The position numbers and the translations under genes were made by a program. Shown piece after piece: positions 43,602 through 53,978 of a stretch of 64,000 nucleotides of DNA. Position 1 is the first letter of the stretch. The number at the start of each line of letters is the position of its first letter. Source of the stretch: a virus (lineage: Duplodnaviria > Caudoviricetes); the IMG/VR virus record IMGVR_UViG_3300016667_000797, positions 1 to 64,000 of that record; one strand, given 5' to 3'. Below the pieces are notes generated by a model, which was not told where the DNA came from, did not search any database, and was given only the letters and a program-made list of their open reading frames with translations.

Positions 43602-44684
43602 ATGACGAATGACGAAAAGCAGGCCCTGAACCGGGCTCTGTATCGTCGCTGTGTAGCTACCTTCAGGTACGTCAAGGTTCGTAACCCAGGAGAAAATCAG
43701 ACCCGCAAGTTGCGCATGGATTTGACGAGCGGCAAGCATAAGCCGTTCATCATACATCCGGGTGAATACTACGCGGTCTGCTGCCCCTTCTGTAACGACA
43801 CCCGCTTTCGGTGCTACATCAACCATCGGTACGGTACGGACGACGAATTCCGTCGACCGCAGACCCACCTGGCGACCTGCTTCAACGCGGGTTGCCCCCT
43901 CGCCAACAAAGACCAGGAAACGTATCAGCAGCTCGAGCAGATGCTGCTCGGACACAAGCTGGTTGAGCTGCGTACCGCCCAGATCCAGCCCGGCCGTGAC
44001 ATCGACGTCGATGCCGTGCGAATGAACTGGCCGGGCAAGGTGACGCGTGTGGACAAACTCCCCGCCGCACACGAAGCCCGGATCTATCTGGAAAGCCGCG
44101 ACTTTGACCCGGACGTGATCGGGCGGTTCTGGAATGTCCATTGGTGTTACGAGGCCGATCGCTACATCTGCCAGGATCGTCTGATCATCCCCATCTACCA
44201 CAACAAACGTATGGTGGGCTGGCAGGCGCGTGCGGCCTATGAAACCAACTGGAAACTTTCCAATCTCCCCAAGTATTACACGGCACCAGGCACACCCAGA
44301 CGTCAGATTCTCTACAACTTCGGCAACGCAGTCCGGCATCAGACCGGGATCGTTGTCGAAGGTGTGACGGACGTCTGGCGGATTGGGCCTCAAGCCATGT
44401 GCACGCTGGGGGCCAGCTTTACCACGCAGCAGCAGACCCTGTTTCGACGGGGCTTTCGCGACTATTCTGGCGTGCTACTCTACGATCCGGACGTGAAAGA
44501 GAAGCTGGCAGAGCGCTCTTCGGAAATCGAGACGAAGCTCAACGAACAACTCAAATCCGGATTTTGCAGCGTGCAATTACCGGACGGAACTGACCCGGGG
44601 TCACTCTCTCGGGATTTTCTCAGACCCTATATCAGCCAACAAGCCGCCGAAAAGGGCGTGCATATTTCTTGGAAACGGAGGTAA
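43602..44684 (+). CDS. dnaG: DNA primase (Zn finger plus TOPRIM)
   Basis: CCPFCND...CFNAGC, RLIIPI, GWQAR, PKYY, IVVEGVTD, LYDPD, TDPG. Confidence 0.9.
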   Translation: MTNDEKQALNRALYRRCVATFRYVKVRNPGENQTRKLRMDLTSGKHKPFIIHPGEYYAVCCPFCNDTRFRCYINHRYGTDDEFRRPQTHLATCFNAGCPLANKDQETYQQLEQMLLGHKLVELRTAQIQPGRDIDVDAVRMNWPGKVTRVDKLPAAHEARIYLESRDFDPDVIGRFWNVHWCYEADRYICQDRLIIPIYHNKRMVGWQARAAYETNWKLSNLPKYYTAPGTPRRQILYNFGNAVRHQTGIVVEGVTDVWRIGPQAMCTLGASFTTQQQTLFRRGFRDYSGVLLYDPDVKEKLAERSSEIETKLNEQLKSGFCSVQLPDGTDPGSLSRDFLRPYISQQAAEKGVHISWKRR

Positions 44685-44687
44685 ACG

Positions 44688-47600
44688 ATGGCGTTGCCTG
44701 GTCGTAAGCTGCGGATACAGAAAGGCGGGATCGAGCTGACGGCCCCCGCTGTCAACCCCATGCGAGCCCAGGTGCAGGCCAAGCGTCTGCACGACATGCA
44801 GACTGGCTCGGCGATCTTCCCGCTGGATGCTCCTGGTCTGCCGATCCTGCCGCCCAACTCTGCTTTCATCAGCCACGTGAATGCGCTTGGCGATAAAGAG
44901 AGTCGGATCATAGAAGAATCGGTCAAAGGTGCCGACGGCAAGAAGACTGTTGTCAAAAAGCTGGCGTACGGTGACGCACTCCAGGATTTGATTCAACGGG
45001 CGCTCCGCACACCTGAGTTCACCTTACCGGTGGAAGTCGGGCCGCACCAAGAAAAGGAAGCGATGTTCGTCCCTGGGCATATCTGGGGTGGCGACCACGG
45101 GACCGGGCCGAGGGCGGCCAAGGTCATGGTTATCAACAAGAATCCCTGGGTCACGGAGATCAACCAGCAGCGGTGCCTGAACGGTGAAGAGGGTAAGCTG
45201 CTGATTGACATCTTCCAGAGGCTCAAGGCCAAGGGCGTCGGCAAGTATTACGTGACACACCTGGTCAAGTTCATGCCGCCTGACTACAAGACCGTGCTCA
45301 AGTCGGTCTGGGTCAAGGACTGCATGCACCTGCTCATGCAGGAGATCAAGATCGTCCAGCCGGACTACATCCTTTGTCTGGGTGGCGATGCCAGCAAGGC
45401 GATCCTGGGTAATGGGTCCAGCGTCACGGATATGGAAGGACGCGTCGGCACGTTCCGTTACAACACGGCGTATTCGGCCAAGGAAGAAGCCGAAAGCTGG
45501 CGTGAAGCCAAGGTCATGACGGTCGTCCACCCTAAGCAGGTCCTCCGTGACCAGTCGGCCTTGCGCCAGCTGGAGAACGGCCTGGCCCGTTTTGTGGCGA
45601 TGGTCAACGGCGCTGATGTCGGTGCCACTGAAACCGTTGACCACAAAACGGTGGACGATCACTGGGATTTGCTGGACCTGCTGATCCAGATCGAGCAGGA
45701 TGAAACCAAAGAAGACGACGTGATCGCGGTGGATGCCGAGTGGCATGGCCAGCACCCGGTCAATGCGGGCAGCTACATGCGGACGATCCAGTTTGCCTGG
45801 AAGCCCAAGCACGCAGTCGGCATCAAGCTGCACGAGCCGGGCGGTCGACCAGTCGCCGGGTTTACTGGTGCGGACGACGAGGTGACTGACCGGGGTATCC
45901 GCACCAAGTCGATCGAGCTCCTGAATACCTTCTTCAAGGGTGGCGAGTATGATCTGGGCCAGGAGAAGATCAAGTTCCGCCGCAAGCGTGTGGTCGGACA
46001 CTTCTTCAATGCTGACTTGGAGTGGTTGGTGGCCTATGGCCTGAACATCCAGGAATGCTTCATGGCCCCGCTCTACGACTTTGTGTTGGATGCGACCAAC
46101 CGGCACAAGAAGACCCGCAGGCTCTACCGGCTTTACCGCCAGGAGGGCTTCAAGGACGGCGACCGGGTTCCGGCCTGGTATCGCACCAAGTTTGAAGGCG
46201 GGGCCGACACCGGCCTGATGGCGCACGCCATCGAGGAGACGGCCAGCTACAAGCTGGAGACCCTGGCCATGCGTTACACCACCGCGCCACGGTACGACCA
46301 GGCGCTGCAACAGTGGAAGACCGACTACTGTCGCACAGAGGGGTTGAGCAACAAGGCGCTCGAAGGGTACGGCATGTGCCCGGACGAGATCCTGCTGCCA
46401 TACGGCATCTATGACGCCGACGTCACGCTCCGACTCTTCTACAAGTTCGACCTGCTGTTGGACGAGGACTACGAAGGCAACAACTGCCGGGAAGCGTTCT
46501 GGGAATCCCAGATCGCCACGCCCGCTGTGCTGGAGATCCACCGGACCGGCATCACGGTCGACCGTAACCGGATCGACTTCCTCACGGCTCGGTTCATCGA
46601 GGCCAAGACCGGCCTGGAGTCAAAGCTGCGGGAAGAGATCCAGTGGCCCGACTTCAACATCCGGTCGACCCACCACGTGCGCGAGTTTCTCTTCGGGCAC
46701 AAGCTGAACGGTCGCCTGGACAAGACGACGGGTAATCCGGTGCGGATCCGGCCGGAAGGTGCGGCGACGCTTGGGCTGACACCGATTTTTGACACGTCTA
46801 AGCCGCCCAAGCCGTGGCGGGAAATCCAGCGGATGAATCGGGAGCACGAACATGCCCCGTCAACCAACAAGCAGGTGATGTCGCTCCTGGCGCAAAGTGC
46901 GCCTAGTGAACGACAGGGCCGCCTGGTCAACATGCTGCGTGACTACCGGTTCCTCGACCAGGTCCTGAAGACGTTGCTTCGGCCGCCCAAGACGGACGAC
47001 GTCACCGAAGAGACCATCTACAACGAAGACGGCTTCATGGAGTACGAGGACGGTCTGGCGTCGATGTGTTGCGATGACGGCAAGGTCAGGACGCACATTT
47101 ACCAGACCAAGGAAACCGGCCGGTGGTCGAGCGCGCGCCCCAACTTGCAGAATATCAGCAAGCAGCGCGATCCTGACTACAAGCGGCTCCTGGGTGACCA
47201 GTACAAATACAGCCTGCGGAGCGTCCTCAAGGCGTCGCCCGGGCACACGCTGGTGGAAGCTGACTATGTCGGTGCCGAGCTCTTCGGTATGGCGGTCATG
47301 TCGGGCGACCCGAACATGATTGCCCATGCCCAGCGTAACCAGCTGCCGGAAGACCACCCGGATTACTATGACATCCACAGTAATGTGGCGTGCTTTGCGT
47401 TCAAGCTGACCTGTCCGCCTACCAAGAGCGGCCTGGAAAGCATTGGCAAGAAGCACATCCGGATCGTGGCCAAGTCGGTGATCTTCGGGATCGCTTATGG
47501 TCGTGGGGCCAAGGCGATCGCGGTGGCGGCCAAGGAGCAGGGCATTCAGATCGACGTCAACGAGGCCCAGGCCGTGATTGACGCGATCTTCCAGATGTAC

Positions 47601-48329
47601 CCGCTCCTCAAGCCGTTCTTTGATGAGTGTCAACAACGTGCGGCCGGGGTCTATATTGATCCGCGCACCAACGAACCGGTCACCGAGCGTTACCTCTGTA
47701 ACTGCTACGGCCGGTTCCGGCGGTTCCCTGATTCCAGCAGCGACGAGTCGTTGCGTGCGGAGTTCGGGCGACAGGCCATGAATTTTCCGATCCAGTCAAT
47801 GATTGCCTCGGCCGTGAGCCGCGCCCTGGCCTACATCTACGACTACAAAGCACGCCAGCTCAAGCGGGGCCGGGACGTCTTCAAGATTGTCTTGCAGATC
47901 CACGACGCCATCCTGCTGGAGGTGCCCAACGAATATGTCGAGCACGTGTGTGAGTATGTGCTGCCGACTTTCATGCGCAAAGCGGTGCCGATCTATCCCA
48001 GCACGCTGGACGGTATTCCAACCGGCAGCGGTCCGTATTACCTCGGCATTGAAGCTGAGGTAATGAATCACTGGGGCGAGAAGCTGACAGCCCAGGAAGC
48101 CGAGGAACGGGGTATTCCTGTGGGCCACGGCGGTGCCGAGGGCTGCGTGGTGACCTACAGCAAGCCCGGCCCACCCAAGCCGCAGCGTTCGGTGGTACAG
48201 GCCAGCAAGGTCCGGCCACCGCGCGAGCTGGAGGACAAGGAATACACTAACTGGCTCAGGAAAAAAGAACGGAGGAAATGGTGTTCGTTGTCATTGATGG
48301 ACTGGATGGATCAGGCAAAGGGACAGTAA
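44688..48329 (+). CDS. polA: family A DNA polymerase with N-terminal uracil-DNA-glycosylase-like domain and 3'-5' exonuclease
   Basis: UDG-like QEIKIVQPDYILCLG/VVHP; ExoI VDAE, ExoII FNADL, ExoIII YDAD; TGRWSSARPNLQNI, ADY..AEL, AKSVIFGIAYG, NFPIQS, QIHDAIL. Confidence 0.95.
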   Translation: MALPGRKLRIQKGGIELTAPAVNPMRAQVQAKRLHDMQTGSAIFPLDAPGLPILPPNSAFISHVNALGDKESRIIEESVKGADGKKTVVKKLAYGDALQDLIQRALRTPEFTLPVEVGPHQEKEAMFVPGHIWGGDHGTGPRAAKVMVINKNPWVTEINQQRCLNGEEGKLLIDIFQRLKAKGVGKYYVTHLVKFMPPDYKTVLKSVWVKDCMHLLMQEIKIVQPDYILCLGGDASKAILGNGSSVTDMEGRVGTFRYNTAYSAKEEAESWREAKVMTVVHPKQVLRDQSALRQLENGLARFVAMVNGADVGATETVDHKTVDDHWDLLDLLIQIEQDETKEDDVIAVDAEWHGQHPVNAGSYMRTIQFAWKPKHAVGIKLHEPGGRPVAGFTGADDEVTDRGIRTKSIELLNTFFKGGEYDLGQEKIKFRRKRVVGHFFNADLEWLVAYGLNIQECFMAPLYDFVLDATNRHKKTRRLYRLYRQEGFKDGDRVPAWYRTKFEGGADTGLMAHAIEETASYKLETLAMRYTTAPRYDQALQQWKTDYCRTEGLSNKALEGYGMCPDEILLPYGIYDADVTLRLFYKFDLLLDEDYEGNNCREAFWESQIATPAVLEIHRTGITVDRNRIDFLTARFIEAKTGLESKLREEIQWPDFNIRSTHHVREFLFGHKLNGRLDKTTGNPVRIRPEGAATLGLTPIFDTSKPPKPWREIQRMNREHEHAPSTNKQVMSLLAQSAPSERQGRLVNMLRDYRFLDQVLKTLLRPPKTDDVTEETIYNEDGFMEYEDGLASMCCDDGKVRTHIYQTKETGRWSSARPNLQNISKQRDPDYKRLLGDQYKYSLRSVLKASPGHTLVEADYVGAELFGMAVMSGDPNMIAHAQRNQLPEDHPDYYDIHSNVACFAFKLTCPPTKSGLESIGKKHIRIVAKSVIFGIAYGRGAKAIAVAAKEQGIQIDVNEAQAVIDAIFQMYPLLKPFFDECQQRAAGVYIDPRTNEPVTERYLCNCYGRFRRFPDSSSDESLRAEFGRQAMNFPIQSMIASAVSRALAYIYDYKARQLKRGRDVFKIVLQIHDAILLEVPNEYVEHVCEYVLPTFMRKAVPIYPSTLDGIPTGSGPYYLGIEAEVMNHWGEKLTAQEAEERGIPVGHGGAEGCVVTYSKPGPPKPQRSVVQASKVRPPRELEDKEYTNWLRKKERRKWCSLSLMDWMDQAKGQ

Positions 48330-48961
48330 CCGGATTGCTGAACGAGCGTCTGCAGAAGCTGGGCTACAAATCCAGCAAGTTCAGCTTTCCGGGTTACGAC
48401 AAGACGAGCTGCGGCAAACTGGTGGGCCGATACCTGAACGGCGAGTTCGGGACCGGCATCCATCCCTACCTCTGGGGCTCGCTCTACGCCCTGGACCGGT
48501 TTGAGCTCAAGCCTGCGCTTGAGCGGGAACTGGCCCAAAACGACTTCGTACTGGCCGACCGGTACGTCACGTCGAATCTCTGTTATGCCGCGATGCAGTC
48601 GTCTCCGGACGAGCGCGACGCGGTGGTCAACCACTTCGTGACGCTGGAATACGGCATCCTCCGGATGCCCATTCCGGATGTCATCATCTTTCTGGATATG
48701 CCGGTGAATTTCGCCGTCCAGAATATTGCAAAGAAGGAGACCAGGACGTACACTGGTCGAGCTGCCGACATCAATGAGGCAGACGTAAACCTACTAGCAC
48801 GGACGCGGGAGTTTTACGCCAAGGAGCTGATGGCTCGCCATCCACTTCAGTCGCGTTTCATTCCCGTTGAATGTACAGCCAACAATCAGCTCGTCGCGAT
48901 CGCAAAGATCGTTGAGCAAGTCTTCGGCACTATCTCGAATCTACACTCAAGGAGCATCTAA
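48278..48961 (+). CDS. tmk: thymidylate (dTMP) kinase
   Basis: VIDGLDGSGKGT, SFPGY, LADRYVTSN, PDVIIFLD. Confidence 0.92.
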   Translation: MVFVVIDGLDGSGKGTVTGLLNERLQKLGYKSSKFSFPGYDKTSCGKLVGRYLNGEFGTGIHPYLWGSLYALDRFELKPALERELAQNDFVLADRYVTSNLCYAAMQSSPDERDAVVNHFVTLEYGILRMPIPDVIIFLDMPVNFAVQNIAKKETRTYTGRAADINEADVNLLARTREFYAKELMARHPLQSRFIPVECTANNQLVAIAKIVEQVFGTISNLHSRSI

Positions 48962-48964
48962 CCC

Positions 48965-50836
48965 ATGCGCGCCAAACGTACTCTCGTTCCTCGCACACGT
49001 GAATCCATCAATCGCCGAATGGAGCCCGATCAAGACCAAGGCAATAACGGCTTACTACGCGGTGACTACACAATCAATCCAAAACTCCAGAACGTCCGTT
49101 ACGACCGCCTGCGTTGCTACGAAGGCGGTAAAGCGGTCATTCGTATCTGGAACATGCTTGACCCCGAACAACCGGGTGACGCACTTCTCAATGGACGCCT
49201 AAGCACCCAGCAGACCGCTGGTCTGGGCGGCATGTCAATTTCCGAGCCTGCTACCTGCGTACAATTCGCCGGTCTGAGTAAGAAGTCCGGCTACGCCCTG
49301 CTGAATGGGCAGGACCCCGCACAGTTCAGCTACATCATTGCACGTAACCGCCAACGCGTGGTGGATGACATCAGCTTCTGGGACGAGCCCTATGTCAAGC
49401 TCTACGTCACGGCCAAGAAGGCTCGCGACATGGGTGAGTTTGGCAACGGCCGCATGTGGGATCCGCGCTGGAATCAGCTCATGGCTGGCCAGTATCACGC
49501 GCTCTCGGCCTTCAAGTCCAAGTATTTCGTGGTCGCCTCAGTCTACGAGAACGGTTCAAATCTGGATTTGACTCGGGAGCACATTGAGTACACCAAAGGC
49601 AGCAAGACGATCGTCAAGGATATACTACGCAACGGCCTGCCGTTGGGTGAGGCACCCAACGATCCGCTGGTCGTGTTGCAGCTGCCCGTTTCGGCAGGCA
49701 GCCGGATCTTCAAGCTCGCCAACAAGGAGAAGCAGGAATGGACCGGCGACGAAACCATCGACCCGAGCGTGCTTTTCACCTACGGTGATCCGTGCGGCCG
49801 GTTCCAGCCTGCGACCAACACGGTCAAGGGTGGTCTGTTCTTCACGTTCTATAATCCGGATCACGTGACGATCGACAAGCACACGACGTTCAAAGGCTCG
49901 TCTTCGGACAAGGCGATCGTCGAGTATGAAGTCGCGGTCAGCACCAAGTATGAGGGTCCAAACGGCACTCTTTCGGCCAGTCTAAATGCTGATCAGGTGG
50001 ACAACATCCTGGCCAAGCACCTCTTCTTCTGGAAGGAGTTCGACCAGGATCCGGCCGACAGTTACCTGCTGCATGAGCCGTCCCTGGAAGAACGCTGCGT
50101 CTGGATTGCCAAAGGCTTCCGCACGATTCCGAAGCTGCTGGAGTTCTCCTGGATGTCCAATCCGGAATACCTCAACTTCAGCTCGGTGCAGGGCATACTC
50201 AACAACCGGACTTCGGTTGTCATGCCTGCCATCGAAGCAGACGAGGAGGATGCCGAACCGCAAGCCCCTCCGGCCCGCCGTACGATAGAGACCACGGCCA
50301 AGCGTTCCCGGCCCGCTCAGGTGGAACCGGACGAGGACTTTGCAGAGGAAGCTCCGGTACATCGCCGGGCGGCGACGTCTGACCTGTCGCAGTCCGGGTA
50401 CAAAAAGTCGAGGGAACGTGACGACGAGTTTGAAGTCGAAGCTCCCAAGTCCAAAGCGGCCGCGATTGCGGACGAGTTCGAAGCCGAAAATCTCAAGCGA
50501 GCTTCCAGCAAACCCAAGTCCAAAGCGGCCGCGATTGCGGACGAGCTTGAACTTGAGTTGGACGAGGATGCCGAAGAGGAAATTCCGAGCAAGCCGAGCC
50601 GTACTCAGGCTCAGATTGAAGAGGATGACGACTACGGCGACGATGATGAGCTTGAGGAAACCGACGACGAAGAGTCGGAAGATTCCGAAGACTTTAATAG
50701 CTGGGACGATGAAGCGGCGGGCGACGCGCTCACCGACCAGTTGAACAACAGCATGGCCAAAGCCAAGGGTCTTGCTCGTAGCCAGAGTCGGCCGTCAAGT
50801 GCGCCTGAACCGGCACCCAAGCGTCGCACCCGCTGA
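48965..50836 (+). CDS. putative single-stranded DNA-binding / recombination protein with long acidic tail
   Basis: Aromatic-rich N-terminal domain plus about 200 aa of D/E-rich tail, located directly before recA; the assignment is inference. Confidence 0.45.
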   Translation: MRAKRTLVPRTRESINRRMEPDQDQGNNGLLRGDYTINPKLQNVRYDRLRCYEGGKAVIRIWNMLDPEQPGDALLNGRLSTQQTAGLGGMSISEPATCVQFAGLSKKSGYALLNGQDPAQFSYIIARNRQRVVDDISFWDEPYVKLYVTAKKARDMGEFGNGRMWDPRWNQLMAGQYHALSAFKSKYFVVASVYENGSNLDLTREHIEYTKGSKTIVKDILRNGLPLGEAPNDPLVVLQLPVSAGSRIFKLANKEKQEWTGDETIDPSVLFTYGDPCGRFQPATNTVKGGLFFTFYNPDHVTIDKHTTFKGSSSDKAIVEYEVAVSTKYEGPNGTLSASLNADQVDNILAKHLFFWKEFDQDPADSYLLHEPSLEERCVWIAKGFRTIPKLLEFSWMSNPEYLNFSSVQGILNNRTSVVMPAIEADEEDAEPQAPPARRTIETTAKRSRPAQVEPDEDFAEEAPVHRRAATSDLSQSGYKKSRERDDEFEVEAPKSKAAAIADEFEAENLKRASSKPKSKAAAIADELELELDEDAEEEIPSKPSRTQAQIEEDDDYGDDDELEETDDEESEDSEDFNSWDDEAAGDALTDQLNNSMAKAKGLARSQSRPSSAPEPAPKRRTR

Positions 50837-50853
50837 TCGTTGTTTTCACAGAG

Positions 50854-50886
50854 GGTCGGGGCTCGGTGCCCCGGCCTTTCCCTTTG
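50854..50886 (+). terminator. intrinsic terminator
   Basis: ggtcggggc-tcggt-gccccggcc then TTTCCCTTT. Confidence 0.6.
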
Positions 50887-50906
50887 CCTGACATACGGAG
50901 TAACTA

Positions 50907-52418
50907 ATGGCAGATCTTGAAGATGAATTTGAAAGCATGGCGGGAGATACTTCGCAGCCAATCAAACCGCTGGTGCGTCCCGGGCAAAATTCGGAATTGA
51001 AAAAACCAAAACCCGAGGCAACCAAAAAGGTGGCCCCAACAAAAAAGACCAAACCGGAAGTTGGCAAGAAAGCCAAACCCGAAGCCGAACCTGAACCTGA
51101 ACCGACTGTTGTGCGCCGACCGATGATCTCGATGGTGGACAATCGCAAGCTGAACAAGCAGGAGAAGGAGACGGTTCGGCAGCGTTGGTCTGCCAGCAAC
51201 GGTGCCGAGTCGCGTTCCAAAATGATGGCCAGTCTGCTGGATCAGGGTCGAGACAAGTTCGGTGCCGACCGCGTTTTTGGTTCGCGTGAGGAGTTGGCTC
51301 AGCTAGCCATCGGTATTCCCACGCCGTCCCTGGCGTTCGAGTATCTGATTGCTAATGACGTTTTCCCGCTCTCCAGCGTCATGATGCTGGCTGGATCGTG
51401 GGGTAGCTGTAAGTCAGCCCTCTCTTACGAGTTCTTCCGTTGGTTCTATGAGCGGAATGGCATCGCAGTGCATATCGACACCGAGGACAAGTTTGACGCA
51501 GACTTCGCTTGCGACATCATGCGGGTGCAGCACGATCAGACGCCGATCATTTCAAACCGAGCCAACTCGGTCGAGGTGATGCAGCAGATCCTCTCGTACT
51601 ATGTAACCGAGATGCAGCGGAAGATGCTGGATAAGACCAGCGATCCGCCTGGTCCCGGCAAGACGGTGCCGATCTGTTTCTGTATCGACTCCCTGGCTGG
51701 GGCCACGTCGGAGGAGATTCAGGAAAAAATTCGTAAGGACGGTATGGTCGGACGGTCCCACCCGATCAACGCCCTCAAGAACTCGAACTATCTGCCCGGC
51801 ATCAAGCGATACTTCGAGGGTTGGCCGTTTACCCTGTTGATCGTCAATCACCTCAAGGAAAAGACGGACGACATGGGTAACACGCACCAGTACACGCTGG
51901 GCGGACAGACCTTCAACTTCCACGAAAGTTTTGAATTGCGGAACTCAGTCTGGAAGTCCAAGTTCAAGAATTCCCAGTTTGAGGGGATTGGCATCAAGAT
52001 CGCCTGCTCCAAGAATTCCTTTGGGCCAACGGGCCGGGCGATCAAGACCCGGTTCCTTTGGTGGATCGAGGACGACCCGGAAACAGGTCGCCCACGTGAC
52101 GTCTTCATGTGGGACTGGAACTGGGCCATCTGCACCCTGCTCAACGAGCTGGACGGCACGGCCCGACAGCGGCTCAAGGATCGGGAACTGTTGATTGACT
52201 GCAAGAGTCCGACAGCGGATATCGAGTGCCTGGCCAACTTCCGGGCGGTCGGCATGGCCAAGGGCGAGTACCTGCCGTTCCAGGAAGTGGGCCAGATGAT
52301 TCAGGACAACGAGGAAGTCTGCGAGCGGATTCGTGACGCTTTGAACATCAAACGTCGTGTACGGCTTGAACTTCCGTTTGACGATCTCGTGGCGCAACAT
52401 AAACAACAAGCGGAGTGA
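50907..52418 (+). CDS. recA: RecA/UvsX-like recombinase with P/K/E-rich N-terminal extension
   Basis: IPTPSLAFEYLI..., GSWGSCKS, HIDTED, CIDSLAG, LLIVNHLKEK, TLGGQTFNFH, CSKN. Confidence 0.85.
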   Translation: MADLEDEFESMAGDTSQPIKPLVRPGQNSELKKPKPEATKKVAPTKKTKPEVGKKAKPEAEPEPEPTVVRRPMISMVDNRKLNKQEKETVRQRWSASNGAESRSKMMASLLDQGRDKFGADRVFGSREELAQLAIGIPTPSLAFEYLIANDVFPLSSVMMLAGSWGSCKSALSYEFFRWFYERNGIAVHIDTEDKFDADFACDIMRVQHDQTPIISNRANSVEVMQQILSYYVTEMQRKMLDKTSDPPGPGKTVPICFCIDSLAGATSEEIQEKIRKDGMVGRSHPINALKNSNYLPGIKRYFEGWPFTLLIVNHLKEKTDDMGNTHQYTLGGQTFNFHESFELRNSVWKSKFKNSQFEGIGIKIACSKNSFGPTGRAIKTRFLWWIEDDPETGRPRDVFMWDWNWAICTLLNELDGTARQRLKDRELLIDCKSPTADIECLANFRAVGMAKGEYLPFQEVGQMIQDNEEVCERIRDALNIKRRVRLELPFDDLVAQHKQQAE

Positions 52419-52421
52419 CCG

Positions 52422-52985
52422 ATGGATCGCATCAACCCGTTGAACCCGTTGCTGAGTCTAATCGAAAGATTTGAGCAGGCAGAAGGGCGGATCAGGCACT
52501 GGGAATCAGCTAGGGTAGAATGGACGTTGCGCCGCCTCAAACTCGAGGCGCCGCGACGGGAACTTCAGTCTAGTGCGGATTTTACCGGGTATACTTGCGA
52601 CGATTTCAACCGCGTTGTCGGGACTTTTCCGATGTATCTCTTTGCCGAACAGTTGGAAGACGAACCGCCAATCCACCGGGATGGACGAGCTGTCCATCCC
52701 AACTGGTTCAAGACGTTTCGTAATCTGCCGTTCGTCAAGAAGTACGAAGAGCGGTTTGAAGAGTTGTATCCTAAGTACAAAGACCGGCCGCTGGCGATGA
52801 TCTTCCCCCGCAAGGGGTTCGCCCAGGGGCTGGTCTTACATAACGGGAACTGGGACTTGTTTGTTCCGCCCCAGGCCAGTTGTCACCTGTTCAAGGGTGG
52901 CAAGAAACACGCGATGACCCTGGCCGTACAACCTTACGCCGGGTTTATCGACCACATCCACCAGGGACTGGCCTGGCGGATGTGA
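52422..52985 (+). CDS. hypothetical protein
   Basis: 187 aa, GGAG SD. Confidence 0.6.
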   Translation: MDRINPLNPLLSLIERFEQAEGRIRHWESARVEWTLRRLKLEAPRRELQSSADFTGYTCDDFNRVVGTFPMYLFAEQLEDEPPIHRDGRAVHPNWFKTFRNLPFVKKYEERFEELYPKYKDRPLAMIFPRKGFAQGLVLHNGNWDLFVPPQASCHLFKGGKKHAMTLAVQPYAGFIDHIHQGLAWRM

Positions 52986-53018
52986 CTTCAATTCCAGATT
53001 TTAAGAAGGACCCATGAC

Positions 53019-53906
53019 ATGTTGGCACAGACATCGGATATGACTCTCAAGTCCCGGGAAGCAATTTTCGAGGACATGGCAGAAGTGACGCGGCACGCGG
53101 CCCTGGAGGGTGCTCGCAAGATCACAGCCGGTTACAAGATTGCACTCATGGTTCAGTATGACCTGGGTTCAATTGTCAACCAGGTTCACGAGGATGCAGC
53201 CCTTAATGAACACCAGAAGCGTAACGAAATCCGTAAGCTGGCCGCCTACTGGAACCAGCCGAACTTGAATCCGACCACGCTCTACGATCTGCGGAACGTG
53301 TCGGCCGCGTTTTCTCGGGATTTCGTGCAGTCCCAGGTGGAAGAGCGGATGGCCAACGGCCTTTACCTGACCTGGAGTCACTTCAAGGAACTCCAGAAAA
53401 TTGGTGACGAGAAGAAACAGCTGGCGGTGCTCAAGAAAATTCGGCAGCATTGCTGGAGTGCCAACGAGCTGGCCCTGGAACTTCAGGGCAAGAAGGAAGC
53501 CGCCATTCAACGCTCGGGCGGGCGCAAGCCGCTGCTGCCCAAGACGCCCAATGCCATGATGCAAAAGCTCTACACTACGACACAGCTGGCCGACAACTAT
53601 GTGGCCGCGCTGGCTGAGCCCCTGGAGAGCACTTTCCTGGAAATGGCGCCCGCAGAGATCGACAGCCAGTTTGTCGAGAACGTCAGCAGCACCAAAGCCA
53701 AGATCGAGGAAGCCATTCGTCACTTCCAGGAAACAGTAAACCGGCTGGACAAGGTTATGCACCGAGCCCAGAAAGTGGTCACGACTTCAGCAACGATGGC
53801 GGCCAAGCAGGCTGCCGCGGAGCCTGAACTGGAGGAATACGAAGAGGAAGCCCCAGCGCCCGTCGTTGAGCGAAAGCTGCCTCGCCGGGCCAGCGTCGCT
53901 CGCTGA
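53019..53906 (+). CDS. YhcG N-terminal (DUF1016_N)-like protein
   Basis: YDLGSIV...LYDLRNVS...LTWSHFKEL...WSANELALEL. Confidence 0.55.
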   Translation: MLAQTSDMTLKSREAIFEDMAEVTRHAALEGARKITAGYKIALMVQYDLGSIVNQVHEDAALNEHQKRNEIRKLAAYWNQPNLNPTTLYDLRNVSAAFSRDFVQSQVEERMANGLYLTWSHFKELQKIGDEKKQLAVLKKIRQHCWSANELALELQGKKEAAIQRSGGRKPLLPKTPNAMMQKLYTTTQLADNYVAALAEPLESTFLEMAPAEIDSQFVENVSSTKAKIEEAIRHFQETVNRLDKVMHRAQKVVTTSATMAAKQAAAEPELEEYEEEAPAPVVERKLPRRASVAR

Positions 53907-53924
53907 CGGCTGGTCTTCTTCGTC

Positions 53925-53954
53925 GCCCGCGAACAGGTTTCGCGGGCTTTTTTT
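53925..53954 (+). terminator. intrinsic terminator
   Basis: gcccgcgaa-caggt-ttcgcgggc then TTTTTTT. Confidence 0.9.
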
Positions 53955-53978
53955 ATCACTTGGCGCTCGGAGGTTCTT

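Noticed and set aside
45024-47636. Long antisense ORFs (45024..46541, 46860..47636), and similarly 7225..8187, 10714..11640 and 36028..37053
   Set aside because: Shadow frames opposite well-supported genes in GC-rich, codon-biased DNA.
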